DNA from: an uncultured Spirochaetota bacterium
GTDB taxonomy: Bacteria; Spirochaetota; Spirochaetia; SZUA-6; Fen-1364
Direction: 5' to 3'
Length of the DNA: 64,000 bases
Assembly: GCA_963781885.1 (NCBI GenBank)
Contig: CAWAHW010000004.1
Location: 384,001-448,000 of the forward strand
Shown: in pieces, positions 30,448-39,991 of the stretch
Layout of the letters: every line of letters starts with the position of its first letter
Numbering within the stretch: the first letter of the stretch is position 1
Translations under genes and position numbers: made by a program
The notes under the pieces: model-generated
Told to the model about the DNA's origin: nothing
What the model saw: the letters and a program-made list of their open reading frames with translations, nothing else
Database searches by the model: none

Positions 30448-32079
30448 ATGGCACACGAAGGCTCAAAGCAAGGTCAGGACGTCGTTCTCAAGGCAGGGCT
30501 GATCGTTGACGGAACCGGCGGGGCCCCCTACACGGCGAACGTCCTGATCCGGGCCGGCAGGATCGGCCGCATCACGACGAAGCCCGTGCGCACCACGGGG
30601 ACCGTCATCGACTGCGCGGGCCGCGTCGTCGCGCCCGGTTTCATCGACGCACATTCCCACCTCGACTGGCATATTCCGCTCAAGGGGCACGACGAGCTCC
30701 GATACCCCTTTCTCGCGCAAGGCATCACGACCGTCGTCGCGGGCAATTGCGGAATCGCCGCGGCGGGCATCCGCCCGGGCAGCGCGTGGAAGAAGCTGAT
30801 CGCGGAACGCCCCGCCGGCGCCGGCCTCTTGCAGATGCAGTGGGACACGGTGGAGGAATACTACGACAGGCTCGCCTCGTCGGGCGCAAGCCACAATATC
30901 GCGATCCTGGCGGGACACGGGAGCACGCGCGCATCCATCCGGGGGCTGGAGACCTCGCCCCTCCATCCCTACGAATCCAAGGAGCTGCTCTACCTTCTGG
31001 AAGCCGCGATGGACCAGGGGGCGCGCGGCGTCTCGCTCGGTCTGCAGGACGAGCCGGGCATGTACGCCCACGTGGAAGAGCTGCGCGAAGTGGCGCGCCT
31101 GGTCAAGCGCAAGAACAGGATCCTCGCGGTCCACCTGCGCGCGTATTCCGCGCTCGCCCCGGGCTACCGCATCCGCAGCTTCGGCGAACCGCACAACCTG
31201 ATCGCCCTGCGTGAAGCGCTCGATCTTGCCCGCGCGACCGGCGCGCGCCTCCAGGTGTCCCACCTCCAGTTCGTCGGGTCGCGCACCTGGCGCACCGCCG
31301 ACAGGGCAGCCGCGCTGATCGACGAGGCAATCACCGACGGCGTCGACGTGCGATTCGACCTCTCACCCCATCCCTGCGCCGCGACCACGATCGGTCTTCT
31401 CCTGCCTCCCTGGTTCGTCGCGCGCGGAGCGGACGCCTACACCGACCAGTCGTCGCTGCGGAGGCTGGGCCGGGAAACGCGCGCGGTGGAGAGACGGCTC
31501 GGTTTCGGCCCGGCCGACGTCCAGCTCGTCGATGCGCTCGACACGGAGCTCGCCGATTGCAACGGGAGATTCCTCAACGAGATCGCGCGGCTGCGGCGGA
31601 CGAGCACGGTCGATACGCTGATCGAGATCGCGCGCAGGAGCGGAGGCCGCGCGCGCGTTCTCTGCCACCGCGCGAGCACGAATCATATCGTGGAGTCGCT
31701 CATGCGGCACCCGGCAAGCATTTTCATGACCAACGCGCGCGTGGAGCCGCGGGGCGCGCAGAACCCCTCCGCCTACGGGGCGTTTCCCCGGCTGCTCCAG
31801 ATCGCCCGGGACCGCCGCGTCCTGTCCCTCGAGGAGGCGGTCCACAAGATGACCGGCGCAACGGCGGATCGTTTCGGTCTGGCCGAACGGGGGCTCCTCA
31901 AGGAGGGGAACGCGGCGGACGTCGTGGTCTTCGATTGGAGCACGGTCGCCGACAACTCCACCGGCGCGGAGCCCGACGCCGCGCCAACCGGCATCGACTA
32001 CGTGTTCGTGAACGGGAAAAAGATCATCGGCTCGGGCCGGAAGGAACACCCGCTTTCCGCCGGGGTTCCCCTCCCCTGA
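30448..32079 (+). CDS. N-acyl-D-amino-acid deacylase-like amidohydrolase
   Basis: IVDGTG, APGFIDAHSH, QGITTVVAGNCG, YGAFPR, AVHKMTG, ADVVVFD, VFVNG. Confidence 0.8.
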   Translation: MAHEGSKQGQDVVLKAGLIVDGTGGAPYTANVLIRAGRIGRITTKPVRTTGTVIDCAGRVVAPGFIDAHSHLDWHIPLKGHDELRYPFLAQGITTVVAGNCGIAAAGIRPGSAWKKLIAERPAGAGLLQMQWDTVEEYYDRLASSGASHNIAILAGHGSTRASIRGLETSPLHPYESKELLYLLEAAMDQGARGVSLGLQDEPGMYAHVEELREVARLVKRKNRILAVHLRAYSALAPGYRIRSFGEPHNLIALREALDLARATGARLQVSHLQFVGSRTWRTADRAAALIDEAITDGVDVRFDLSPHPCAATTIGLLLPPWFVARGADAYTDQSSLRRLGRETRAVERRLGFGPADVQLVDALDTELADCNGRFLNEIARLRRTSTVDTLIEIARRSGGRARVLCHRASTNHIVESLMRHPASIFMTNARVEPRGAQNPSAYGAFPRLLQIARDRRVLSLEEAVHKMTGATADRFGLAERGLLKEGNAADVVVFDWSTVADNSTGAEPDAAPTGIDYVFVNGKKIIGSGRKEHPLSAGVPLP

Positions 32080-32083
32080 CCCA

Positions 32084-33589
32084 TCAGGCCAGGCTGCGGG
32101 TGAGGGCTTCGCCCCAGCGGCCGAATGCATCCGCGTGGGCAGCGGACTTCCCGGCGTCGGGTTCCACCGTTCGGACGGGGCGCAGAGAGGCGAATGCCTC
32201 CTTCGTGCCGCGGTACACGCCCGACCCGATGCCCGCACCGCGCGCCGCTCCCTGTGCCCCGTCGGTTTCAAACATTTCCACGCGCGCCCCGGTCGTCGTG
32301 GCGAAAGCCTCCTGGAAAAGGGGGCTGAGGAACATGTTGGCGTGACCGGCGCGGACCGTGTCCGCCGTGAGCCCGGTGCCCTTCATGATGGCAAGGCCGT
32401 GCGTGAGCGCGAAGACGACTCCCTCCTGGCCGGCGCGGAGGAGATGGGGAATGCCGTGCCTGTTGAAGTCCAGCCCGAGCACGGACGCGCCGGGGTTGCG
32501 ATTGCCCAGCGTCCTCTCGGCGCCATTGCCGTAAGGAAGCACGACCAGGCCGTCGGCTCCCACCGGGGCCTGTCCTGCCACCCGGTTCAGCTCCTCGTAG
32601 GGCACCCTGCCCGATTCGCCGACCAAAAGCTTCCTGAGCCAGCTATAGAGAATGCCGGCGCCGTTGACGCACATGAGCACGCCATAGCGGGGGCTCCCGG
32701 GTGAATGATTCACGTGGACGAATGCATTGACCCGGGATTCGGGATCGGATCGCGGCGCATCGATGATGCCATACACGACCCCCGACGTGCCGGCCGTGGT
32801 GGCAGCCTCGCCGGGGTTCAGCACGTTGAGGGAGAAGGCATTATTGGGCTGGTCGCCCGCGCGGTAGCAGACAGGCGTTCCCTTTGCCAGGCCGAGCGCC
32901 GCTGCCGCGGCAGAGGTGAGCCCGCCCTGCGCGGAGAAGGTCTCCACCGTCGGAGGGACCAGCTCGTGGGGGATGCCGAACCAGTCCAGGACGATGTCCG
33001 CGCGGCCGCCCGTGCTGAAGTCCCAGAGTATCCCTTCAGACAGGCCCGACGCCGTGGTGACCATTTCCCCCGTCAGGCGATAGGCCAGCCAGTCGCCAGG
33101 AAGGAGCATCCTGTGCGCGCGCGCGAACACCTTCGGCTCGTTCTCCTTCACCCACGCGAGCTTCGACGCCGTGAAGTTTCCCGGTGAGTTGAGCAGGCGC
33201 GCGAGGCACGTCGTTTCCCCGATGCCGCGGAATGCCTTCTCCCCGATCTGCACCGCCCTGCTGTCGCACCAGATGATGGACGGCCGCAGCACCGCGCCTG
33301 AGGAGTCCACGAGCACCAGCCCATGCATGTGGTAGGCGATGCCGATGGCTTTCACCGACTCGAAGGCCTTGCCCGTTGCCGCCTTGAGCTCGGCCGCTGC
33401 TGCGACAACGTTGTCCCACCAGATGGAAGGGTGCTGCTCGGCCCAGCCGGGATGGGGGGCATCGATGGCGAGCTCCGTCTTCGGGCTCGTGGCGCTTCCC
33501 ACCAACCCCCCCGTCGAGACGTCGACGAGCGAGGCCTTGATCGAAGAGCTGCCGAGATCGAATCCGAGCAGGTAGCCGTCGGAACCCAT
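32084..33589 (-). CDS. xylB: FGGY carbohydrate kinase, probable xylulokinase
   Basis: GFDLGSSSIKA, WAEQHP, IIWCDSR, GNFTASKL, RAGDQPNNA, AGTSGV. Confidence 0.8.
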   Translation of the reverse strand: MGSDGYLLGFDLGSSSIKASLVDVSTGGLVGSATSPKTELAIDAPHPGWAEQHPSIWWDNVVAAAAELKAATGKAFESVKAIGIAYHMHGLVLVDSSGAVLRPSIIWCDSRAVQIGEKAFRGIGETTCLARLLNSPGNFTASKLAWVKENEPKVFARAHRMLLPGDWLAYRLTGEMVTTASGLSEGILWDFSTGGRADIVLDWFGIPHELVPPTVETFSAQGGLTSAAAAALGLAKGTPVCYRAGDQPNNAFSLNVLNPGEAATTAGTSGVVYGIIDAPRSDPESRVNAFVHVNHSPGSPRYGVLMCVNGAGILYSWLRKLLVGESGRVPYEELNRVAGQAPVGADGLVVLPYGNGAERTLGNRNPGASVLGLDFNRHGIPHLLRAGQEGVVFALTHGLAIMKGTGLTADTVRAGHANMFLSPLFQEAFATTTGARVEMFETDGAQGAARGAGIGSGVYRGTKEAFASLRPVRTVEPDAGKSAAHADAFGRWGEALTRSLA

Positions 33590-33712
33590 GTCTGCCTCCC
33601 TGTGCGCGTGTGGGGGCGCAGCTCCCCGCAGGATGCGGACCGCGCCGTTGCCACAGTTATATCCGACGGTGAGCGCCTGGGGAAGTCGCCGACGAAAACC
33701 GCCCGCCTTTCC

Positions 33713-33741
33713 TTGACCCCGGGCCCACTCGAAGATATCCT
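33713..33741 (+). promoter_or_regulatory. sigma70-type promoter
   Basis: TTGACC-N17-TATCCT, then GGAGG RBS before 33759. Confidence 0.6.
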
Positions 33742-33758
33742 GCCCCCGGGAGGCCAGA

Positions 33759-34049
33759 ATGGAACCGGATCAGGGCAATGAGTTCAAGGTCAAGGGCGAA
33801 GAGATGCTGCGCAAGATCAAGGAGATCGTCCACGAGGGAAATGTCCGCAGGATCATCATCAAGGATGACAAGGGCGAAACCTACGTCGAGATCCCCCTCA
33901 CCGTCGGCGTCGTCGGTGCGCTTTTCCTTCCCGTGCTTGCCGCGGTCGGCGCCCTGGCGGCGCTCGCATCGAACTTCACCCTGCAGGTCGTCCGCAGGGA
34001 GGGGGAAGAGGAAAAAAGCACCGGCGAAACGCCCCAGAAGGAAAAATAG
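33759..34049 (+). CDS. DUF4342-like small protein
   Basis: KIKEIVHEGNVRRIIIK...EIPLTVGVVGALFLPVLAAVGALAAL. Confidence 0.85.
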   Translation: MEPDQGNEFKVKGEEMLRKIKEIVHEGNVRRIIIKDDKGETYVEIPLTVGVVGALFLPVLAAVGALAALASNFTLQVVRREGEEEKSTGETPQKEK

Positions 34050-34167
34050 CCTCCCGTCGTCGGGACGCCGCGCTGTCGCTCTCAACGGCGGCGCGCCGTT
34101 TTTTCCGCGGGGGCAGAATCGGGTCCCCGGGGTGTTGCATCTATGAACGATAAAACAGGAGGTACTC

Positions 34168-34449
34168 ATGTCGGATCTCAACGAGAAGCTCGCGCTCGCG
34201 CGCAACATCGCGCGGCGCAAAATCGCTTTTATTCGCCACGCGGTCACCTATCTCGTGGTGCTGCTCGGCTTGGCGCTCGTCAACAACCTCACCTGGGGCG
34301 GCTACCAGTGGTGGCTCTGGGTGGCATTCGGCTGGGGCATCGGCGTCGTCTCCCATTTCCTTTCCGCGTTCCTCTACCAGTCGGGAAGCCTCGTGGAGCG
34401 CCTTGCCAAGCGCGAGATGGAGAAGATGGATGAGACGCACAAAGTTTAG
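34168..34449 (+). CDS. 2TM domain protein
   Basis: FIRHAVTYLVV...WWLWVAFGWGIGVVSH; AGGAGG RBS. Confidence 0.82.
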   Translation: MSDLNEKLALARNIARRKIAFIRHAVTYLVVLLGLALVNNLTWGGYQWWLWVAFGWGIGVVSHFLSAFLYQSGSLVERLAKREMEKMDETHKV

Positions 34450-35338
34450 CGCGATCGATATCCTGGGCATCTCTCTCGGCGTTCTGGCGATCCTCATCGT
34501 GATCGGGAGCATCGTGACGATCGCCCAGGGAAAAATGTTCGCCTTCCGGTGGGAGATTCCCTCCGGTCGCGGCTTCTGGAACGGCCAGGCATTCTCCTAC
34601 GGCGGCGCGGTCCGCGAGGAGAAGGACGAGCAGGTCCCGTCTGACGTCACAGAGCTGGAGGTGCGCAACATCGCAGGGTCGATCGACATCAGCGGCGATA
34701 CGGCGGGCGCAACGCTCGCGGTGCATTCCGTGAAGACGGCGATGACGCAGGCCGCGCTGGAACGGGTCAGCGTCGACATCAGCAGGATCGGCAGCCGGCT
34801 GATCCTGGAAGAAAAGCACGAGCCGGGTTTCGCGTTCCAGACGGGAACCGTTTCGTTTCAGATCGTCGTTCCCCGGACCGTGAAGGTCCTCGAGGCCCAC
34901 TCCGTCAGCGGAAGCGTCACCGTTCGCGGCGTGGACCGGACCGTGGACGAAATCCTCTCCACCATCTCGGGCTCCGTGGCCACCAACGCGGCGCGCAACC
35001 TCGACGCATCCTCCACGAGCGGCCACGTCGAGTTCGCCTCGGCGGGAAACGACGTGAAGGTGCACACCGTCTCGGGCTCCATCGACGGGACGCTGGATAC
35101 GCTCGCGAAAAGCGGCTCCGCGACGCTCGGCAGCGTGTCGGGATCGGTCACGCTTAACGCATTCCCCCAACTTGACGCGATGGTGAACCTCCACTCGGTG
35201 AGCGGGAGCGTCGCCTGCGGCTTCCCGATCACCATCACCGAGCAGAAGCACAACAGATTGAGCGGCAGCATCGGAAGCGGCACGGCCAACCTCGACGTGG
35301 GGACCGTGAGCGGCAGCATCAGCATCAACAGGGAATAG
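34430..35338 (+). CDS. DUF4097-like beta-strand-repeat (adhesin-like) protein with an N-terminal TM anchor
   Basis: Repeated [ST]VSGS[IV] units. Confidence 0.8.
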   Translation: MRRTKFSAIDILGISLGVLAILIVIGSIVTIAQGKMFAFRWEIPSGRGFWNGQAFSYGGAVREEKDEQVPSDVTELEVRNIAGSIDISGDTAGATLAVHSVKTAMTQAALERVSVDISRIGSRLILEEKHEPGFAFQTGTVSFQIVVPRTVKVLEAHSVSGSVTVRGVDRTVDEILSTISGSVATNAARNLDASSTSGHVEFASAGNDVKVHTVSGSIDGTLDTLAKSGSATLGSVSGSVTLNAFPQLDAMVNLHSVSGSVACGFPITITEQKHNRLSGSIGSGTANLDVGTVSGSISINRE

Positions 35339-35360
35339 CGGCGCGCACCGCGGAAATCGA

Positions 35361-35400
35361 GGGCCGCCCCGGGGCATCGCTCCAGGGGCGGCCTTTTTTT
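35361..35400 (+). terminator. Intrinsic terminator
   Basis: GGCCGCCCC...GGGGCGGCC followed by T7. Confidence 0.8.
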
Positions 35401-35416
35401 GAAGCTCGCGGCAGGG

Positions 35417-36493
35417 CTACGTCATTCTGCTGAACCAGGCGAGAGACAGCGTCGCGCCGAGGAGGAGGACCGCCATGGCAATACCGGTGAAGATGGCCGT
35501 CACCTCGGTCTCGTCGCGGCCCATGGTGAGTCGGACGCTGAGCGCCTGGTAGATCCGCACGAGATCGCCTTCGTTGTCGGCCTTGTAGTAGCTGGCGGCG
35601 GTGTTCTGGGCGATCTTCTTGAGTGACGGCTCGTCGAGCTGCACACGGAAGAACCTGCCCTCCGCGCCAACTGTGTCGCCTCGGTTCGTGCCGACGCCGA
35701 CGGTGAAGACCCGCACCCCCCGGTCGGCCGCCTGCTGCGCGGCATCCAGCGGGTCGGGTCCCGTGTTGTTCTGCCCGTCGGTGAGCAGAACGATCGCCGC
35801 GGCGGTGTAGGAGCCGGGCTCCACCGCGGGGGGAGCCGTGGGATCGGGCGCTGTGCCAAGCGGAGCATTGGGGTCCTGCTGCGCCGGCGCACCCGGGAGA
35901 AGCTGCTGATCCTGCGCGCCCTGCTGGTCGCCGGTCTGGTCCTGCGCGGTCTTTGCGTCCTCGAAGATGGCGTCCAGCGCGACGAGGATTCCACTGCCGA
36001 TGGCCGTGCCGCGCTGGAGGTGGAGACGATCCATCGCGGCGTTCAGATCGTCCCGTGAGGTCGTCGGTGCCTGGACCAGCGCCGCCGAGCCGCTGAACGC
36101 AACGATCCCGACGCGCACGTTGTGCGGCTGCTTCGCGATGAAGGCCCGCGCCGCGGCCTTGGCAGCCTCGAAACGGCTAGGGGCCACGTCGCGGGCGCGC
36201 ATGCTTCCGGACATGTCCAGGGCAAGGATGATAGTGCCGCGGCTGGACGGCAGCATGACGGTGGCCTGCGGCCGGGCAAGGGCGAAGATGCCCACCGCCA
36301 GCCCGACGATGAAAAGGATGGCAGGTATGTGGCGGCGGAATCCCGGTCCCCGGCCCAGCGCGTCCTTGACCGCGATGAGGCTCGCGTAGCGCGCCGCATA
36401 GCGCCGACGGCGGCGCTGCATGAGGATGTAGATGCCGACCAGGAGCGGGACGAGCAAGAGCAGCCACAGAAGACCGGGCCATTGGAACGACAT
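35417..36493 (-). CDS. BatA-like membrane VWA domain protein
   Basis: N-terminal BatA-type TM pair (ALARPQ), MIDAS DMSGSM, GTAIGSGI, LLTDGQNN, C-terminal TM. Confidence 0.88.
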   Translation of the reverse strand: MSFQWPGLLWLLLLVPLLVGIYILMQRRRRRYAARYASLIAVKDALGRGPGFRRHIPAILFIVGLAVGIFALARPQATVMLPSSRGTIILALDMSGSMRARDVAPSRFEAAKAAARAFIAKQPHNVRVGIVAFSGSAALVQAPTTSRDDLNAAMDRLHLQRGTAIGSGILVALDAIFEDAKTAQDQTGDQQGAQDQQLLPGAPAQQDPNAPLGTAPDPTAPPAVEPGSYTAAAIVLLTDGQNNTGPDPLDAAQQAADRGVRVFTVGVGTNRGDTVGAEGRFFRVQLDEPSLKKIAQNTAASYYKADNEGDLVRIYQALSVRLTMGRDETEVTAIFTGIAMAVLLLGATLSLAWFSRMT

Positions 36494-36502
36494 CTGCCCT
36501 CC

Positions 36503-37434
36503 TCACGCCCTACCGGAACGGACAAGCGCGCGCGAGGAGGCGGCCTTCCGCTTCTCCCTGCGCATCGCGGCAAAACGGACGATTTCCCGCGCGAGATCCC
36601 CTCCGTGGAGAGGGAGAGCTGGTCGACGCCGGCGCGCGCAAGCGAGCCGGCAAGCTCCGCGTCCCGTCGGCGCGTCACCTCGGCGAAACGCCGGCGGAAA
36701 CCGCGATCATGCGTGTCGACGAAGATCTGCTCGCCGGTCTCGGCGTCTTCCAGCACGAGCGGCCCGAGGTCGGGCAATTGCACCTCCCGAGGGTCGGAAA
36801 GCTTCACCGCGATCACCTCGTGCCGATGGGTCGCCAGTGTGAGGGGGCGACCCCAACCGGGGACGCTCATGAAATCAGATACGAGGAAGAGAAGCCCCCT
36901 GCGGCGGATCATCCGCAGCGCGTCGTCCAGCAGGACGCCGAGGTCGGTGCGCGGCGCCCGGCGGAGCCGGGGCTGGCTCCGCAGCTCCTGGATGAGACGC
37001 AGGACGTGCATCCTGCCGCCCTGCGCGGGAATCACGCGCTCCGTCCCACCGGTGAAAAGGAGCGCACCCACCCGGTTGCCATGCCGGGTGAACAGACGCG
37101 CAATGACGCCGACGAAGTCGATGAGCAGGCTCCTCTTCTGCACCTCGGCGGTACCGAAGTCCACCGAAGGGCTCATGTCGAGCAGGAACCACGCGGTCAC
37201 CTCGCGGTCCTCGATGTGCTGGCGCACGTACGGGGTCTGCATCCGGGCGGTCACGTTCCAGTCGATCATGCGGACGTCGTCGGAGAGCTGGTATTCACGC
37301 AACTCGGCAAGCTCCATGCCGAATCCGCGGAACACGGTGCGGTAGTCTCCCTGGAGGAGGCCGTCCAGCCTCCGGATGATGGTCCAGTCCAGGCGCTGGA
37401 GGACGCGCTCAGGCTCCGACGCTTGCCGCGGCAT
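36503..37434 (-). CDS. DUF58 domain protein (apparent 1-nt deletion at 36598-36601)
   Basis: ELREYQLSDDVRMIDWNVTAR, DMSPSVDFG, VSDF, DPRE, DAETGE; adding one G gives ...STEGDLAREIVRFAAMRR...* ending just before the VWA gene RBS. Confidence 0.85.
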
Positions 37435-38440
37435 GGCTCTGGAGGGGCTGGGCAGGGGCGGGAACGGCCTGCATCACCTTCTGGAGGATCGCATCCGTGC
37501 TCACGCCGTCGGCGAGCGCCTCGTAGGACGGGATGATGCGGTGGCGCATGACGTCGTGGGCGAGATCCGTAAGATCCTGTGGTATGACGTAGGAGCGGCC
37601 GCGGACGAACGCGAGGGCCCGCGCGGCGATCACGAGGTTGATCGAGGCGCGCGGGCTCGCGCCGAAGACGATGTAGCGGCCCAGGTCGGGCAGGCCGTGC
37701 TTCGCCGGGTCGCGCGTGGCCGCGGCGAGCCGCACCGCGTGCTGCATGAGAAGCGGGTCGATGAACACCCTTTCGCAGGCGGCGCGGAGCTCCAGGATCT
37801 GCCCCGTGCTCACCACCGCGGCCACGCGCGCCGCCGCGCCGGCCGCGCGCTGCACGATGACGAACTCCTCGGGTTCGCTGGGGTAATCGACGAGCACCTT
37901 CATCATGAACCGGTCGACCTGGGCCTCGGGCAGCGGATAGGTGCCGTCCGTCTCGATCGGGTTCTGCGTCGCCATCACGAGAAAGGGCGCCGGCACGGGG
38001 AAGGTCTCTCCGCCAATGGTGACCTGCCGCTCCTGCATCACCTCCAGGAGCGCGCTCTGCACCTTGGCAGGGGCGCGGTTGATCTCATCGGCAAGGAGCA
38101 GGTTCGCGAATACCGGGCCCAGCGACGTGCTGAACTCGCCCGTCCTCTGGTTGTAGATCCGCGTCCCTACCAGGTCCGCGGGGACAAGGTCCGGCGTGAA
38201 CTGGATGCGCTTGAAAACTCCCTGCGTCGCCGCGGCGAGCGTCTTGACCGTCAATGTCTTCGCAAGCCCCGGCACCCCTTCCACGAGGAGGTGCCCGTCG
38301 GAGAGCAGCGCGACCAGCACGCGCTCCAGGAGGTGGTCCTGGCCCACGATGACTTTCTTCACCTCGTAGAGGATCCGCTCCATCGTGCGCGCCTGCTCTG
38401 CAAGCTGTCCGTCCTTCACCGCATCACTGCCGTCCATCAT
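37409..38440 (-). CDS. MoxR-family AAA+ ATPase
   Basis: GHLLVEGVPGLAKT, RIQFTPDL, DEINRAPAKVQSALLE, ATQNPIE, GASPRA. Confidence 0.92.
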   Translation of the reverse strand: MMDGSDAVKDGQLAEQARTMERILYEVKKVIVGQDHLLERVLVALLSDGHLLVEGVPGLAKTLTVKTLAAATQGVFKRIQFTPDLVPADLVGTRIYNQRTGEFSTSLGPVFANLLLADEINRAPAKVQSALLEVMQERQVTIGGETFPVPAPFLVMATQNPIETDGTYPLPEAQVDRFMMKVLVDYPSEPEEFVIVQRAAGAAARVAAVVSTGQILELRAACERVFIDPLLMQHAVRLAAATRDPAKHGLPDLGRYIVFGASPRASINLVIAARALAFVRGRSYVIPQDLTDLAHDVMRHRIIPSYEALADGVSTDAILQKVMQAVPAPAQPLQSHAAASVGA

Positions 38441-39321
38441 CGTCCCCTCTCGCCGGCCTCAACCGGCGGTATGCCCAGCGCCCCTCCGGTGTCGTCGATT
38501 GGCACGGCGAATCCGATCCCGATGAATACGTCCTGGTTTGTGGGATTCAGCAGCGAGGCGACGATTCCGACCACTTCGCCCTGCCGATTGACCAGGGGCC
38601 CACCGGAGTTGCCCGGGTTCACGGCAGCGTCGAACTGGATGAGATTCTTCAGGGTCGCGCCCGTTTCCTTGGATGTGTATTCCCGTCCCAGCCCCGAGAC
38701 GATGCCCGACGTTGCAGAATCGAGCACGGCAAAGGGGTTGCCCACGGCGATCACCTCGTCTCCGACATTCAACGAGGAAGAGCTCGCGAGCGTGGCCGGC
38801 TGCAGCTCATCCGGCACGTTCATCGCGCTCAGGACCGCGAGGTCCTTCTCCGGCTCCCGAACCGTGACCAGCGCGTCGGACTGCGTGCCGTCCGCGAAAA
38901 TCACGCTCACTTGCGGCGCGTCGCCGACGACGTGGAGGCAGGTGAGGATGATCCCCTTGTCGGAGATGACCACGCCGGTCCCGAGGGAGGAAGTCGGCTT
39001 GCCCTTCTCCAAGGCTTTTGCAGTCACCAACACAATCGAGGGGCGTATCGCTGCGTATGCGACCGACTCGAATGACGGAGGCGTCGGGGTGTTCTGCAGG
39101 GTCCTGTCCACCGCCTTGTCGATGTCACGCTGGGTGAGACGCTGCGGCGGGGGCATCAGGAAGTGGTAGACCAGGATGCCCGTTGCGATCAGGGCGACTT
39201 GTCCCGCGACAAGTGCGGGCGCCCGGTGACGGCGATACGTGCGGACGAGCCATGCACGAAAAAGCTGCCAGTCCGAAGGAGGCTCCTGCGGGGGAACCCC
39301 GCTGCTGCGCTCAGGATGCAC
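38437..39321 (-). CDS. Membrane-anchored trypsin-like (S1C) serine protease lacking a PDZ domain
   Basis: One TM helix; LTCLHVV, DLAVL, IQFDAAVNPGNSGGPL triad. Confidence 0.88.
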   Translation of the reverse strand: MHPERSSGVPPQEPPSDWQLFRAWLVRTYRRHRAPALVAGQVALIATGILVYHFLMPPPQRLTQRDIDKAVDRTLQNTPTPPSFESVAYAAIRPSIVLVTAKALEKGKPTSSLGTGVVISDKGIILTCLHVVGDAPQVSVIFADGTQSDALVTVREPEKDLAVLSAMNVPDELQPATLASSSSLNVGDEVIAVGNPFAVLDSATSGIVSGLGREYTSKETGATLKNLIQFDAAVNPGNSGGPLVNRQGEVVGIVASLLNPTNQDVFIGIGFAVPIDDTGGALGIPPVEAGERGR

Positions 39322-39427
39322 ACGCTAAAATACTCTCCAGCGCACGCAGCGGGTAATAATTATTTGTTAGGGCAGCCACGGGCCTCGTGACGTGCATCCA
39401 ACTCCGCCAGCAGCGGAAGGCACTCCT

Positions 39428-39449
39428 CGGCCCTCGGCATCCTGCCTAT
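39428..39449 (-). repeat. Partial copy of the GTAG-led hairpin repeat
   Basis: Minus strand ATAGGCAGGATGCCGAGGGCCG resembles GTAGGCATGGATGCCGAGGGCG at 57164. Confidence 0.5.
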
Positions 39450-39463
39450 GGTACCCCCTGGAA

Positions 39464-39991
39464 TTAGTACAGCCCTCCCCAGCCGATCCTCACCCCAAGG
39501 GTCGGGGTGTAGACGAATGCATTGGAGAAGGGGATGCCGGGGATCGTGTTGCCCCACGCCTGGTAGCCCGCGTAGGCCACGACCTGCATCCACGGCAGCA
39601 CCCGCAGGCCAAGCTCGAGATCGGCCTCGCCGAAAATGAGCATGTAGCCGTGGCGAGAGTAGCTCGCGCCGCCGACGCCGCCCAGGCAGGTGACGGCCGC
39701 CATGATCGGTCCTGCCCTGAACTCCTGGCCGAAAAGCATGCCCCCGACGCCGCCGTCCGCGGCTCCGATGCCCGATAAAAGCGCCATGCCGAATCCGCCA
39801 ATGCGGTTGCCCCATCGGTTCACGCCATAACCGTAACCGGTGATGTAGCTCAGCCCCAGATTCTGGTTGGAAAGTTGGGGATCGTAGTACTGGAAGCCAT
39901 AGCTCACGCCACCGGCGCCGCCGGCAACGGCGACGCACGCGGGAACGGCGACAAGAAGAAGGACCGCAAGCAAGAGCCGCGCGCTTTTCAT
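39464..39991 (-). CDS. Secreted Gly-rich putative small beta-barrel protein
   Basis: Signal peptide MKSARLLLAVLLLVAVPA; alternating beta-strand patterns; ATGA overlap with the caspase gene stop. Confidence 0.7.
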   Translation of the reverse strand: MKSARLLLAVLLLVAVPACVAVAGGAGGVSYGFQYYDPQLSNQNLGLSYITGYGYGVNRWGNRIGGFGMALLSGIGAADGGVGGMLFGQEFRAGPIMAAVTCLGGVGGASYSRHGYMLIFGEADLELGLRVLPWMQVVAYAGYQAWGNTIPGIPFSNAFVYTPTLGVRIGWGGLY

